A stretch of DNA of 64,000 nt from a virus (IMGVR_UViG_3300020576_002769:17985-81984), one strand, 5' to 3'; positions 1-9,785 are shown, counted from the first letter of the stretch. Numbers and translations are program-made. The notes: generated by a model from the letters alone, not told the origin.

Positions 1-683
1 AACATCATTCCACATAGTCCATCCTTTATTTTTATAAAACATATGAGGTTTTTTTGGTATATTTTCAGGTACCTCACCCATTTTAACTCTATTAAAAAAT
101 TCTTTCGATGTTTTTATTTGGTTATCATTAATCCATTCTTTAAATTTTTCAAAAGGCACATTATTCTCAATATAATAATTAGGACTTTTATTCCCAGTAT
201 TCAAAAAATCACCCCAAGAAACCCAACCTCTATTAGAATATACTTTATTAGGATTTACAGGTATTTGTTCGTACTTACCACTATTAATAAAATCTCTCCA
301 TTTTTTTTGGTTAGTACAATTTTCAGGTAAATTAGTGTTTTTCCATTTAACTAACTCATCATAAGACAAATTAAAAGACCTAGGAGACCCTCCAATACCA
401 CCTTTTGACGTATTTGTTAAATTATCATATAAACTCATATATTTACATTCAAATTCTTCCCATTTATCAATCTCACATTCATCAAGAACAATATATTTTA
501 TGTTTTCACCTTTATTTAAAACATTTCTAATCCAACAACACTTATGAGTTTTATTTTCGTTATTATTTTTACGACACTCATATAAATGTTTTCTTAACCT
601 ATCTTTTGGGTCATTCGCCTTTCCCACATATCTAATTTCGTTATCATCCGATGAATATAACCCATATATAAATGTTGTTACCA
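1..683 (-). CDS. GIY-YIG homing endonuclease, 3'-truncated by window edge
   Basis: Minus-strand ATG at 681-683. N-terminus is MVTTFIYGLYSSDDNEIRYVGKANDPKDRLRKH (GIY..YVG..R..H). Downstream ~35-aa repeats end in GW.SWGDFL. Absent from the ORF track because there is no stop inside the window. The track ORF 43-330(+) is antisense to it. Confidence 0.75.
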
Positions 684-809
684 TAATTCTTTTATTTATA
701 AATATCTCTAAAAATGTAAAAGTTAGGTTATTTATAGTATTTGTGGTAATGTTCCTGTTGTTTTTATTTATTTTTTTATCTATTTTTAAATAAAAAAATA
801 AATAAAAAT

Positions 810-1136
810 ATGTTTACACGAATTTACGGAGCGTCCGACGATTTAATCGAGATTGACGGACAAATTAGTGATGAAGTTGATGCGTATTCAGCTTCAGATG
901 AACCGGTGAAGTTTAAAACTTCATTAGGAACCAAGGGAACTATTACATATGATGGTGAATGGAAAATCACAATTAAAGAAGAAGGTTCTGATTTTGTTAG
1001 AGTTGTTGAATCGGTTGGTGATGATAATGACCATACCGAAGATGATACAAAAAACATTCCATCATATAGTGATGTCCTAATTTTAGACGGAGACCTTGAT
1101 TGGATTAAAGTTAAAGGTAAGAAATATAAAAAATAA
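810..1136 (+). CDS. hypothetical acidic protein (108 aa)
   Basis: Clean ORF, followed directly by a terminator hairpin. Confidence 0.4.
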   Translation: MFTRIYGASDDLIEIDGQISDEVDAYSASDEPVKFKTSLGTKGTITYDGEWKITIKEEGSDFVRVVESVGDDNDHTEDDTKNIPSYSDVLILDGDLDWIKVKGKKYKK

Positions 1137-1140
1137 TACA

Positions 1141-1170
1141 AAAAACCCCCAATTATTGTTGGGGGTTTTT
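1141..1170. terminator. bidirectional rho-independent terminator
   Basis: AAAAACCCCCAATTATTGTTGGGGGTTTTT lies between convergent genes. Confidence 0.6.
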
Positions 1171-2268
1171 ATCTTGTAATAATGAATAAATTTTGGATAT
1201 TTTTTTTAACATTTTTGATGAAATATAATTAATCTGTTTTAATTCGTATCTAAAAAATCGTTCATAATCTTCACCAAATCTATTAAGTTTATTAATATAT
1301 TTTATAAAATATTTTTTCTTTTTACCCTCAAACCCAAGTAATGTTTCAATAAAATTATCTGTTAATAATTGGTGCATTAAACCGCCTTTCCAATTAATCA
1401 TTGTTTCATAAAACTCTTTTAACGTAAAATCAACAATCTCTTCGTCTGACCCATTTTCCGGATACTGAATATTATTATCATCAAAAGTTGATTTTATCTC
1501 AGAGATATCATCCAATAATTGTTCTCTTAATTTTTCATAGGTTAATTGAGACGCGTCTTTATATGTTTGATAGGTTTTGTTATTAAGAATGAAATTATAA
1601 AATTCTTGTTTAGTAATCCCAAGTTCTTCCAATGATGAATATATTTCTGTTGGTCTAACTAAATTTTCCGTAATATGTGAAAAATACATATAATGGATAA
1701 ATTTATTTAAAGGTTCTATACCTCCAAAAGAACGTTTTGAACCGGTTTCATAATCAACACGTTTTGATGTGTTAATATTAGGGTTCATCACATCGTCGTA
1801 CGCGTGTTTAATTTCGTGAACCAAACTAGAAACTATCGTCACTCTATCTTTTCTAAATGTGTCGATTAAATCTTGAGTGGTTGTTTGAGAATTTACCGCC
1901 AACTTTATAAATAAATTAATCGTAGTTGGATTTGTTGTTGAGATATAATTAAAATTTTTAGCCATTTCTATAGTACCTCGTTGGGTCATTCCTAAAACAA
2001 TCAACTTAATATCATTATCGTTTAAATCATAATCATCCAAGTCCTGAAGTTTAAAATCAAGTATGATTCTATTAAAAGTAGTATTATTAATCACAAATGA
2101 ACCATTTAATTCTATCTCATTTGTTAAAAAATCTTGAATGTCTATATTTGGATGTAATATCGACATCATATTTTCATAAACTTGTCTTGCAATATCAACA
2201 ATGTTGGTAGGTACACCAACCGCTTCTGTTAATGTTTTATATTGATTTTCTTTAATTCTAATTTTCAT
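1153..2268 (-). CDS. putative HExxH zinc-metallopeptidase-like protein, member of the MKI.I.E N-terminal family
   Basis: HEIKH motif (LVHEIKHAYDD). N-terminus MKIRIKEN. Upstream ATATTTATAGAT-ATG motif. Confidence 0.5.
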   Translation of the reverse strand: MKIRIKENQYKTLTEAVGVPTNIVDIARQVYENMMSILHPNIDIQDFLTNEIELNGSFVINNTTFNRIILDFKLQDLDDYDLNDNDIKLIVLGMTQRGTIEMAKNFNYISTTNPTTINLFIKLAVNSQTTTQDLIDTFRKDRVTIVSSLVHEIKHAYDDVMNPNINTSKRVDYETGSKRSFGGIEPLNKFIHYMYFSHITENLVRPTEIYSSLEELGITKQEFYNFILNNKTYQTYKDASQLTYEKLREQLLDDISEIKSTFDDNNIQYPENGSDEEIVDFTLKEFYETMINWKGGLMHQLLTDNFIETLLGFEGKKKKYFIKYINKLNRFGEDYERFFRYELKQINYISSKMLKKISKIYSLLQDKNPQQ

Positions 2269-2350
2269 ATCTATAAATATATTTTAATAACTAGTGCTAG
2301 AAACTAGGCTACTAGTAATAATAAATATCTATAAAAATGCAAAAATTTGA

Positions 2351-2572
2351 TTATCTTCGTCTTCCACCGTAATAATGATGGTGATGAGGATTTGAAGGAT
2401 AAACATAAACCGGGGTAATAATTGGTTGATAAGTATATGGGGTGTAAAAATGATATACACGTCTTGGTCTTGGTTCCGGTCTTTGACGAATACCGTAAGA
2501 ATATACTACGGCCTGATAACCTTCACAAGAAGTTAAAACGACCAACATTAAAAGTAATAAAAATTTTTTCAT
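2351..2572 (-). CDS. small lipoprotein with His-rich C-terminus
   Basis: MKKFLLLLMLVVLTSC lipobox. Start taken at the internal Met of the track ORF. The overlapping plus ORF 2422-2625 is treated as spurious. Confidence 0.45.
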   Translation of the reverse strand: MKKFLLLLMLVVLTSCEGYQAVVYSYGIRQRPEPRPRRVYHFYTPYTYQPIITPVYVYPSNPHHHHYYGGRRR

Positions 2573-2652
2573 ATTTTCCAATAAAATCAAATATTATACC
2601 AATTCAGGTAATTATTTTCCATTAAAATCACATTTCTAACAAAAATTTTCCA

Positions 2653-2898
2653 CTATTTACGTTCATTGATAATTTGTTCAACATATTTATCTCTTTGTTC
2701 CAACAAATATTCGGTACGTTCAATTAATCTTTGTCTTTCACCGTCAGTTAATTTAAGTATTAAATCTTCCTTTTCCTTAATCATTTGTTTATATTCGTTC
2801 ATCTGAGATGTGAATACCATATTTTGATAATACATTATTCCGACTAATAAAATAATCGTAAATGATTGTTCTTTTAATTTTGATAAAAATTCATTCAT
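2653..2898 (-). CDS. hypothetical coiled-coil protein
   Basis: ORF that abuts the next gene. Confidence 0.4.
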   Translation of the reverse strand: MNEFLSKLKEQSFTIILLVGIMYYQNMVFTSQMNEYKQMIKEKEDLILKLTDGERQRLIERTEYLLEQRDKYVEQIINERK

Positions 2899-3287
2899 TA
2901 TTTTTTAATTGTTTTTACCGGGAATCCGAAATTATCCTCAAACCATTCAGCTAAAATAGGTTTCCATCTATTACCAAATAAATTTTCAAAGGTATCATAA
3001 TCGTCATCAGAATAAATCATAAGTATAGGAGATTCTTCAACTAATCTTTTAATTTTTTCTTCATTTTCATTACCAAAATCATCAGTTAACCAATAATCTT
3101 TTGAGTACCATCTAAACAAGTCTCCGTCATCACTAAAATTACCGGCATAAAATACTGCACCAATATCTGTTTCATTACCATCATCATCGAAGGCATAAGA
3201 CCAATTGATTTTATCAGGTTCATATTTGGAATTGATATATTTTAAAATATAATCATAAACCCTGTTTTCAGATATAATAAATTTCAT
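2898..3287 (-). CDS. hypothetical protein, MKFIISEN N-terminal family
   Basis: N-terminus MKFIISENRVYDYILKYINS. Upstream ATATTTATAGAT-ATG. Confidence 0.5.
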   Translation of the reverse strand: MKFIISENRVYDYILKYINSKYEPDKINWSYAFDDDGNETDIGAVFYAGNFSDDGDLFRWYSKDYWLTDDFGNENEEKIKRLVEESPILMIYSDDDYDTFENLFGNRWKPILAEWFEDNFGFPVKTIKK

Positions 3288-3289
3288 AT

Positions 3290-3796
3290 CTATAAATATA
3301 ACAATGAATCAATTTCATTTCCAATCTTCTTATAGACCGGACAATCCCGGTGAGGTTCTCTTTTCCCTATCGGAGTCTTAATAATTTTAACACCTAAGGA
3401 TTCAAATTTTTTGTAGTAGTTTTTAACTTTTGTATAAGTAATTCGTTTAACATTACCCCATCCCCAAGAACCCTGAACAACGTAAAGTTCGGCGTTTGGA
3501 AATGTCCTCCGGATTGTATTAATTAATGTTGAGATTCCCAAATCTAAATATCGGTCATTTGTCCCAATTGATATTACAATATTACAGATATCCGGGGAAA
3601 TTCGGTGGTTTTTAACCATTTTTGTTAGTTTTGGGACATTTATTCCTTTTTTCCATAGTCCAACACCTTTTTTAATTTTTGTTGAATGTAAATCAATATA
3701 TGGAGTTTGAGAGTCACCAATAATAAGATTGGGGTATGTTTGAGCATACCCCAAAGTTGAAAGTAATATTAAAAAATAAAAAAAATATCTAACCAT
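3290..3796 (-). CDS. secreted SGNH/GDSL-family hydrolase (esterase)
   Basis: Signal peptide MVRYFFYFLILLSTLGYAQ. Block I IIGDSQT (GDS). Block III GTND. A D..H-like block EPHRD. Confidence 0.65.
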   Translation of the reverse strand: MVRYFFYFLILLSTLGYAQTYPNLIIGDSQTPYIDLHSTKIKKGVGLWKKGINVPKLTKMVKNHRISPDICNIVISIGTNDRYLDLGISTLINTIRRTFPNAELYVVQGSWGWGNVKRITYTKVKNYYKKFESLGVKIIKTPIGKREPHRDCPVYKKIGNEIDSLLYL

Positions 3797-4082
3797 TTAA
3801 TTTAACAATTTTACCATTCTTCATCATAATTTTTATTACACTATTTTCTTTCGTAAAGAAAGGAAAAAAACCCTGAATGGTGTGTGCGAAGGTATCGACT
3901 GGTATTAATTTATTATCCATTAACCTTATTGAAGCTCTACCCTCATTTTCAAGGAAAACATTATAATCTTTAATGTTTTTAAATATGATTTCATATTTTC
4001 CTTTTTTCGTGATTCTGATTACGAATGATACATCCGGATATAATTTTTTTACTATTATTCGTAAAGATTCTAATTTATCCAT
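3789..4082 (-). CDS. hypothetical protein
   Basis: ORF of 97 aa. Confidence 0.4.
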   Translation of the reverse strand: MDKLESLRIIVKKLYPDVSFVIRITKKGKYEIIFKNIKDYNVFLENEGRASIRLMDNKLIPVDTFAHTIQGFFPFFTKENSVIKIMMKNGKIVKLNG

Positions 4083-4083
4083 T

Positions 4084-4281
4084 TTATTTTTCTCTACCCC
4101 AAGTATAATGAATTATTTCACCATTAACAAATTCTTTCCAATATTTTTTCCAAGGACCGGAAAATAATATCGTCATACATCCGTTGCTATTAGCGATTCT
4201 GTGATATGAATCCCGGGGAAAAAACATTAAAGTTTTTTCTCGTCTAACGATATGATACTCACCGGTGGTCTCATCATCCAA
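4084..4281 (-). CDS. hypothetical protein
   Basis: ORF of 65 aa. Confidence 0.35.
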   Translation of the reverse strand: MDDETTGEYHIVRREKTLMFFPRDSYHRIANSNGCMTILFSGPWKKYWKEFVNGEIIHYTWGREK

Positions 4282-4310
4282 GATGTGTTCGTCATACTCA
4301 CCAAATAGTT

Positions 4311-4469
4311 TTACCGACCAAGCATTAAATGAGTAATACCTTCATAATCGCACGGATACATAGTTTCCATTAATTTGTCAAGAAAAAATTCAACTTTACT
4401 CAATCTTCTTTTTATTGAAGAATCCATCTCCAATAATTTGTATTGTCTTTCTGTTATAATAAGTTTCAT
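4311..4469 (-). CDS. small protein (52 aa), MKLIITE N-terminal family
   Basis: Not in the track (<60 aa). Translates as MKLIITERQYKLLEMDSS... Preceded by ATATTTATTTAT-ATG. Confidence 0.4.
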   Translation of the reverse strand: MKLIITERQYKLLEMDSSIKRRLSKVEFFLDKLMETMYPCDYEGITHLMLGR

Positions 4470-4652
4470 ATAAATAAATATCCCCCCACTCTAAAAAAAA
4501 AATGACGAAATTTTTAATTAAACTATCAGACTTGATATGGTTACTAACAAACTAATCTTAATTTGTGTTTTACCCAACCTAAAATTTTTAATACATTAAT
4601 GTTAGGTATTTATATTAAAGTCATAACATGACATAACATTAAATTTAAAATT

Positions 4653-6158
4653 ATGAAAAAATTATTATCAATTTTATTTTTGTTAATTACATTAACATTA
4701 ATGTCTCAGACCGTAACTTATCAAACAAATAATTCGGTTATTTCTAACCCGGAAAAAGGGTTTTATCACTACACATCAACAGGTTCCGGCGGTGGGTATA
4801 ATTTACTAAACCAAACTACATTATCAGGGTATAGAACAAACGAAAATATCACCGTAATACAAAGACAATTCTTTTTACGAGATTTTATTACAGGAATTCC
4901 AATTACATCAACATATCTTACAAATATGCAAACCGATTTTAATAGAATCAGAAATGCCGGAGCTAAAGTAATTGTTAGATTTACATACACATCTTCAAGT
5001 TCTTATACAGTATTCCAACCAACAAAGGCTCAAATACTTGCCCATATTCAACAACTAACTCCGGTGGTAAATGCTAATAAAGATATTATAGTTGCTATTC
5101 AGGCAGGTTTCATTGGTAAGTATGGAGAATGGTATTATACCGGTTCTTCAGAATTTGGTAATGGGAACTACACCATATTAACTACGACACAATGGAACAA
5201 CAGAAAAGAAGTAATGGATAGGATGATTAATTCATTTGACATTTCAATCCCGTTACAATTAAGGTATCTATATGCTAAACAAAAAATGTATGGTAATACT
5301 TATGTTGGTCGAATAGGTTTTTATAATGATTCTTTCTTAGGAACATATGGGGATAGTGGGACATTTCTTGTTAGTGGTTCTCAAGGACAACCAAGTACGG
5401 CTGACGTAACCTATTGGCAAAATAACACCATAAATAACCCTGTAAGTGGTGAGAGTAATATGGTTAATTCTCCAAGAACAGATTGTCCAAATGCTATGAT
5501 TGAAATGGACAGATTTAATTGGAGTCTTATTAACAAAGATTATTTCCCTACGGTCATTTCTAACTGGCAAACAAATGGTTGTTTTACAACTATGCAAAGA
5601 AGTTTAGGATATGATTTTAGATTAAACAGTTCAAATATTACAAATGGTATTTTAACTATTAATATTGGTAACTATGGATATGCTAATTTGTTTAAAGATA
5701 GAAAAGCGTTTCTTGTATGTAAAAACACGACCACCAATGTTAATTACTCTTTCTTGATTGATTCGAATATCAAAAATTGTTCTACCACAAGTTATAACAT
5801 AGTGACGAATTTAACAACTTTAGGCTTACCGGTGGGTTCTTATAAACTATATCTTAATTTACCTGACCCTTTGTTAAATAATATCAATTATTCTATTAGA
5901 ACATCCAATTTAAATTTATGGACCACTGAAGGTTTTAATGATTTACAACAAACATACAGAGTATCAACCCTTACAATAAAAAACAACCGAGTTGATATTG
6001 AGGATGATAAAATTGTTAAAGTTAGAATATACAATTTATATGGTCAATTAATTTCAGAAGATTTGGATTTGTCTGTTTTAAATGAAGGTCTTTATATTAT
6101 GGTTGGTCAAACAATGACAAATAGAACTATCACTAAAAAATTCTATAACAACAAATAA
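4653..6158 (+). CDS. secreted glycoside-hydrolase-like protein with T9SS (Por) C-terminal sorting domain
   Basis: N-terminal signal peptide. The C-terminal ~70 aa (KIVKVRIYNLYGQLI...LNEGLYIMVGQ...TKKF) match the type IX secretion C-terminal-domain pattern. The NPEKGFYHY start resembles the Bacteroidota DUF4874/DUF4832 glycoside-hydrolase-like family (from memory). It is one of the few plus-strand genes. Confidence 0.7.
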   Translation: MKKLLSILFLLITLTLMSQTVTYQTNNSVISNPEKGFYHYTSTGSGGGYNLLNQTTLSGYRTNENITVIQRQFFLRDFITGIPITSTYLTNMQTDFNRIRNAGAKVIVRFTYTSSSSYTVFQPTKAQILAHIQQLTPVVNANKDIIVAIQAGFIGKYGEWYYTGSSEFGNGNYTILTTTQWNNRKEVMDRMINSFDISIPLQLRYLYAKQKMYGNTYVGRIGFYNDSFLGTYGDSGTFLVSGSQGQPSTADVTYWQNNTINNPVSGESNMVNSPRTDCPNAMIEMDRFNWSLINKDYFPTVISNWQTNGCFTTMQRSLGYDFRLNSSNITNGILTINIGNYGYANLFKDRKAFLVCKNTTTNVNYSFLIDSNIKNCSTTSYNIVTNLTTLGLPVGSYKLYLNLPDPLLNNINYSIRTSNLNLWTTEGFNDLQQTYRVSTLTIKNNRVDIEDDKIVKVRIYNLYGQLISEDLDLSVLNEGLYIMVGQTMTNRTITKKFYNNK

Positions 6159-6172
6159 TCTATTATAAAAAA

Positions 6173-6199
6173 TCCCCCAATCTAATTAAAGATGGGGGA
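6173..6199. terminator. bidirectional terminator hairpin
   Basis: TCCCCCAATCTAATTAAAGATGGGGGA flanked by A/T runs, between convergent genes. Confidence 0.5.
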
Positions 6200-6204
6200 T
6201 AATT

Positions 6205-6486
6205 TTATTTTTCCTTTAAGGTTCCGGGATGTATGTAAGAATCTTCAAAGGAGTCCGTTGAAACAAATTCACTCCTCATATATTCTATCACTTTTTCGAG
6301 TAATTCATAATCTTTTACATCACCTCGTTTATGACCGGCCTTAATTAGTAATGAAATTCCGGCCGATAAAATCATAGTAGAATCTTCAACACCTAATCCT
6401 CGTTGGTCTTTAGGGACTTGGATATCAAAATACGCTCTACCATCATTACCTCGTTTATGCTTAATAGTGATTGACGCTTCATCCAT
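6205..6486 (-). CDS. hypothetical protein
   Basis: ORF of 93 aa. Confidence 0.4.
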   Translation of the reverse strand: MDEASITIKHKRGNDGRAYFDIQVPKDQRGLGVEDSTMILSAGISLLIKAGHKRGDVKDYELLEKVIEYMRSEFVSTDSFEDSYIHPGTLKEK

Positions 6487-6487
6487 C

Positions 6488-6703
6488 TTACATCATTTCA
6501 ATATAATACATAGAATTTTTATTGGAATAACAACTTCCGTCCCGGGAGTCGTACCATTCACCACTTACTTTATAAATGTCGAATTTTTCACCGGTAATCT
6601 CATCAAATCGAGATTCAATTTTTTTAATGGTGTCTTCACCTGAATTTTGTTGTGCCATCGAGGTATAACCATCGATATATACTTTATCACCTACTTTTGC
6701 CAT
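6488..6703 (-). CDS. hypothetical protein
   Basis: ORF of 71 aa. Confidence 0.4.
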   Translation of the reverse strand: MAKVGDKVYIDGYTSMAQQNSGEDTIKKIESRFDEITGEKFDIYKVSGEWYDSRDGSCYSNKNSMYYIEMM

Positions 6704-6704
6704 A

Positions 6705-6905
6705 TTATAATAATGTTACAGATTCTTCCGGACACTGATATAATTGATTATCGTCGTCCGCTCTAACTATATAATCAATACCTTTTCTTTTCACTATGGA
6801 AAATGGATTCTCCCATTTCCTAATTTGTTCCACAACACCGGTGAATGGATTTTCTTCGTGAGGTACCTTAACCTTTACTTTTGAATTAACTTTAATTTTA
6901 CTCAT
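6705..6905 (-). CDS. hypothetical protein
   Basis: ORF of 66 aa. Confidence 0.4.
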   Translation of the reverse strand: MSKIKVNSKVKVKVPHEENPFTGVVEQIRKWENPFSIVKRKGIDYIVRADDDNQLYQCPEESVTLL

Positions 6906-6910
6906 AACGT

Positions 6911-7339
6911 TTACAATTGTATTGGTAATAATTTCTCAGGTAGATATTGTTCCGGACATACGATGGTAACACTATCAAGGTAACCGGTATATTCTAATAA
7001 ATTATCAGTTTCTATAATATCTCTATCAGTATAGTTTAAAACTATATATGGCGTTTTAACACTATTATCGATTTTGATTCTGGCTAATTCAAAATCAAAT
7101 TGAATGAATCGATATTCTCCTTTCACATTACCCATTAATTTAATAACAGTTTCAGTTGTTGTTTGACTTCGGTATGAACCGGCAATCAAGAAATAAGAAC
7201 CATAGGAATTCGTTTCTGTTACATCACGATTTACTAATTGTCTTAAATAAATTTTTTCACTATGTTGTTGTTTTTCAGGTGGAAGAGGTTGACATCCAAT
7301 CATAAATAACACAACAAATAATCCCAATAATTTTTTCAT
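6911..7339 (-). CDS. lipoprotein
   Basis: MKKLLGLFVVLFMIGC lipobox. A host-type -7 box lies upstream. Confidence 0.5.
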   Translation of the reverse strand: MKKLLGLFVVLFMIGCQPLPPEKQQHSEKIYLRQLVNRDVTETNSYGSYFLIAGSYRSQTTTETVIKLMGNVKGEYRFIQFDFELARIKIDNSVKTPYIVLNYTDRDIIETDNLLEYTGYLDSVTIVCPEQYLPEKLLPIQL

Positions 7340-7365
7340 ACAATTATGTTTTAAATTTTACGGGA

Positions 7366-7373
7366 CAAAGATA
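7366..7373 (-). promoter_or_regulatory. Bacteroidota-type -7 promoter box (TATCTTTG) for 6911-7339
   Basis: The coding strand reads TTTTATCTTTGTCCCG about 30 nt upstream of the ATG. Confidence 0.4.
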
Positions 7374-7382
7374 AAACAAAAA

Positions 7383-7406
7383 TCCCGATAAAAAAAATTA
7401 TCGGGA
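7383..7406 (-). terminator. terminator hairpin after 7414-7683
   Basis: TCCCGAT-AAAAAAAATT-ATCGGGA stem, then a U-run on the minus-strand RNA. Confidence 0.5.
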
Positions 7407-7413
7407 CATTTTT

Positions 7414-7683
7414 TTATAAGAGTGTTTTAACATTTAGTTTATGATGGGATTCGAACCATTCTTTTAAGTATATTTTAAATTCATCAATATCAACATTAAA
7501 CATTGGTCCAATATCAGTTTCAGCCCATATTGTATCAAAATACAATATGCTATTATTAATATCAAACATTATTTTTGATGAATCACCACCGGGAGAATAC
7601 CCATCGTTAATATTATCAAATTTAAGTTCTTCCCCTTGAAATCGTGTGAAATATTTAAATAATAATTCTTTTTTCTTATCCAT
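7414..7683 (-). CDS. hypothetical protein
   Basis: ORF of 89 aa. Confidence 0.45.
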   Translation of the reverse strand: MDKKKELLFKYFTRFQGEELKFDNINDGYSPGGDSSKIMFDINNSILYFDTIWAETDIGPMFNVDIDEFKIYLKEWFESHHKLNVKTLL

Positions 7684-7714
7684 AATATAAAATTAATAAT
7701 TTTCTTAAAAAGAA

Positions 7715-8230
7715 TCAAGAAATTTTAACACCCAAATTAGGATACCCTTTTTCTATTTTGAAATCTTCAAGAATATTTTTTATAACACTCCAACTATCTA
7801 TATGATATCCACCACGTCTCAACACCACAAAAACTTCTGGGTCATCATTAAGTGTTTTTTCGTCATAACGGACTGAATGGATAACATTACCGGCAGATGA
7901 TTCTCTTAATCTTTTTTTTAATTCCGGAAGAAACTTTTTACCGAATTGTTGTTTGTTTTTATAATGAACTGAAATACTTAAATATCCAATATTAAACATA
8001 TTTTTAGTAGAACCGTGATTTAATTTAGATTGGATGGTACCTCTATAAGGAATTACACCTTTAACAACTTCTTCCGCATCAATCCAAACTTTACATCCAA
8101 AGGATTCTGCACCATAATATCTACAAGGATACTCGTAACTTCTAACATCTTTATAACCCTGTTCTAAAATAGAATCCACAAAATATTGAATTCTTTTCGG
8201 TAATTCTTCGTAAGTTTTATATTCTATCAT
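7715..8230 (-). CDS. hypothetical protein
   Basis: ORF of 171 aa. Confidence 0.45.
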   Translation of the reverse strand: MIEYKTYEELPKRIQYFVDSILEQGYKDVRSYEYPCRYYGAESFGCKVWIDAEEVVKGVIPYRGTIQSKLNHGSTKNMFNIGYLSISVHYKNKQQFGKKFLPELKKRLRESSAGNVIHSVRYDEKTLNDDPEVFVVLRRGGYHIDSWSVIKNILEDFKIEKGYPNLGVKIS

Positions 8231-8232
8231 AA

Positions 8233-8592
8233 TTAATTCCAGGAACTCGGTATTGCAATATGGTTAATTTCATTAATAATTCCTAACTTAATTAAGATAG
8301 GGATTGCTTCAGTACCACCCTCAAATTGTAAAAAAGGTAATATCATCTGTAATGGTAATATATCATCACCGGTTTTTTCCCAAGGTAATGAAAACACTCC
8401 CATAAATGAATAAAATTCTTTTGGTGATAGTTTTAATCTACCCGGATATTCTTTATCGACACGGGCAACTGATTTACTATTTTTTACCCAAGTAACTGTA
8501 TTTTTTTCAATAACACATTCTAAATCACAATAAATGGTTGATAAATATTGTTTCATTAAAATTTCTAAATTTTCATTTATAAGAACACTCAT
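8233..8592 (-). CDS. hypothetical protein
   Basis: Start taken at the internal Met (MSVLINEN..) of the track ORF. Confidence 0.4.
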   Translation of the reverse strand: MSVLINENLEILMKQYLSTIYCDLECVIEKNTVTWVKNSKSVARVDKEYPGRLKLSPKEFYSFMGVFSLPWEKTGDDILPLQMILPFLQFEGGTEAIPILIKLGIINEINHIAIPSSWN

Positions 8593-8665
8593 ATAGTAAA
8601 ATTTCAGCAAATATACAATATTTTTTTAACACACAAAAAAAAATCCCATAAAATGATGAGATTAT

Positions 8666-9043
8666 TTATATTTCTTCTTCAACAAAGTTATCAATAATAA
8701 ATTTTAGAGAAATACCAAACATACTAAGTCCCATAAGAGATAATAGTTCGTAGTCCTCAATACGTACACCATAAGTATCATTATAATATCCACTATAAAT
8801 GTGCCACTCCCTGTTTTCACGTTGTTGAGCCAACCATATACCGTTTTCCGGAGTACGAAACCAATACATAGGTCCCCATTCATTCAATAATTTATTAAAT
8901 CTTTCTTTACTCGGAAACATATAACGACAATCAACCGGGGCTCCCTCCCAACTTGTTATCATTTCAATTCTATCCGACAAGTTATACCCCAACGTTTTGT
9001 TGATTAAATTTAATAATCTGTCCTCAGTTATTGTAATTTTCAT
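8666..9043 (-). CDS. hypothetical protein, MKITITED N-terminal family
   Basis: N-terminus MKITITEDRLLNLINKTLGYNLSD. Upstream GTATTTATTATT-ATG. Confidence 0.5.
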   Translation of the reverse strand: MKITITEDRLLNLINKTLGYNLSDRIEMITSWEGAPVDCRYMFPSKERFNKLLNEWGPMYWFRTPENGIWLAQQRENREWHIYSGYYNDTYGVRIEDYELLSLMGLSMFGISLKFIIDNFVEEEI

Positions 9044-9058
9044 AATAATAAATACCCG

Positions 9059-9370
9059 TTAGGACTGAATATACTTAATATCAACACCAAAATAGGTTTC
9101 AAACCAATTTTTGATTACCGATTCGGCTTGAGATTCATCCGGAAAATAAAGGGTTGCAAAATTTCGAATAAAATCATTATCAACATATAATCGTCCGTCC
9201 TCATAATCATATTCCATTAAAACTTCAGACAAATCATAATCATCCATATTTTCCGATGGATAATATATAATAATAAAATTATCAAACGAAGATACGTTAT
9301 ACCCAATGAGTTTATTCAGATAATTTATCTGCAAGTCCAAAAGTTTATTTTCAGAAATTATAATTTTCAT
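9059..9370 (-). CDS. hypothetical protein, MKIIISEN N-terminal family
   Basis: N-terminus MKIIISENKLLDLQINYLNKLIGYNVSS. Upstream ATATTTATTGTT-ATG. Confidence 0.5.
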   Translation of the reverse strand: MKIIISENKLLDLQINYLNKLIGYNVSSFDNFIIIYYPSENMDDYDLSEVLMEYDYEDGRLYVDNDFIRNFATLYFPDESQAESVIKNWFETYFGVDIKYIQS

Positions 9371-9408
9371 AACAATAAATATCCGGACAATTCAAAACGT
9401 GGGGATAA

Positions 9409-9783
9409 TTATAATTCAATAAGTCGTAATCCTTCCAACAATCCGACTTCTAAGGCTTCTTCCCAAGAATTATATCTATAATTTTTAACAGGTATCTCAC
9501 CCATTACAGAATAAGTATAATAACCGATTTCAATGTAACCGGTAAATCTAACCGGTTGAACATACACGTCGATGTTATGAACTTCTCTCAACCATTTCTG
9601 TAATAAGGATTGGGTAGGTCTTGCAATACTATCATCACTTGAATTATTACATTTTACGGCACCTTGTTTGGAAAACTTCCAACTCGACGCCGGTTCAATC
9701 CACCATCTACCATCACAAGGAATATTAAAACCTTTTTCTTTTGCCAACTTGGCAGTTTCAAACTCAATTAATTGTTCGTTCAT
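9409..9783 (-). CDS. hypothetical protein
   Basis: ORF of 124 aa. Confidence 0.45.
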   Translation of the reverse strand: MNEQLIEFETAKLAKEKGFNIPCDGRWWIEPASSWKFSKQGAVKCNNSSDDSIARPTQSLLQKWLREVHNIDVYVQPVRFTGYIEIGYYTYSVMGEIPVKNYRYNSWEEALEVGLLEGLRLIEL

Positions 9784-9785
9784 AA

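Noticed and set aside
43-330. Track ORF on the plus strand at the window start
   Set aside because: Antisense to a clear GIY-YIG endonuclease gene (minus strand, 1-683) that has strong motifs. Low-complexity translation.
824-1141. Minus-strand ORF overlapping 810-1136
   Set aside because: Fully antisense to a plus-strand ORF that is followed by a proper terminator. Only one can be real, and the plus-strand ORF has the better context.
4769-5597. Two minus-strand ORFs inside 4653-6158
   Set aside because: Antisense to a well-supported secreted protein gene (signal peptide plus T9SS C-terminal domain). The many N-x-S/T sequons in that protein are irrelevant in a bacterial host.
7427-7447. GGTTCGAATCCCATC, resembling a tRNA T-arm, on the minus strand
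   Set aside because: It lies inside the coding region of 7414-7683, encoding EWFESHH. Flanking sequence does not fold into an acceptor or T stem, as the 5-bp stems do not pair. Coincidence.
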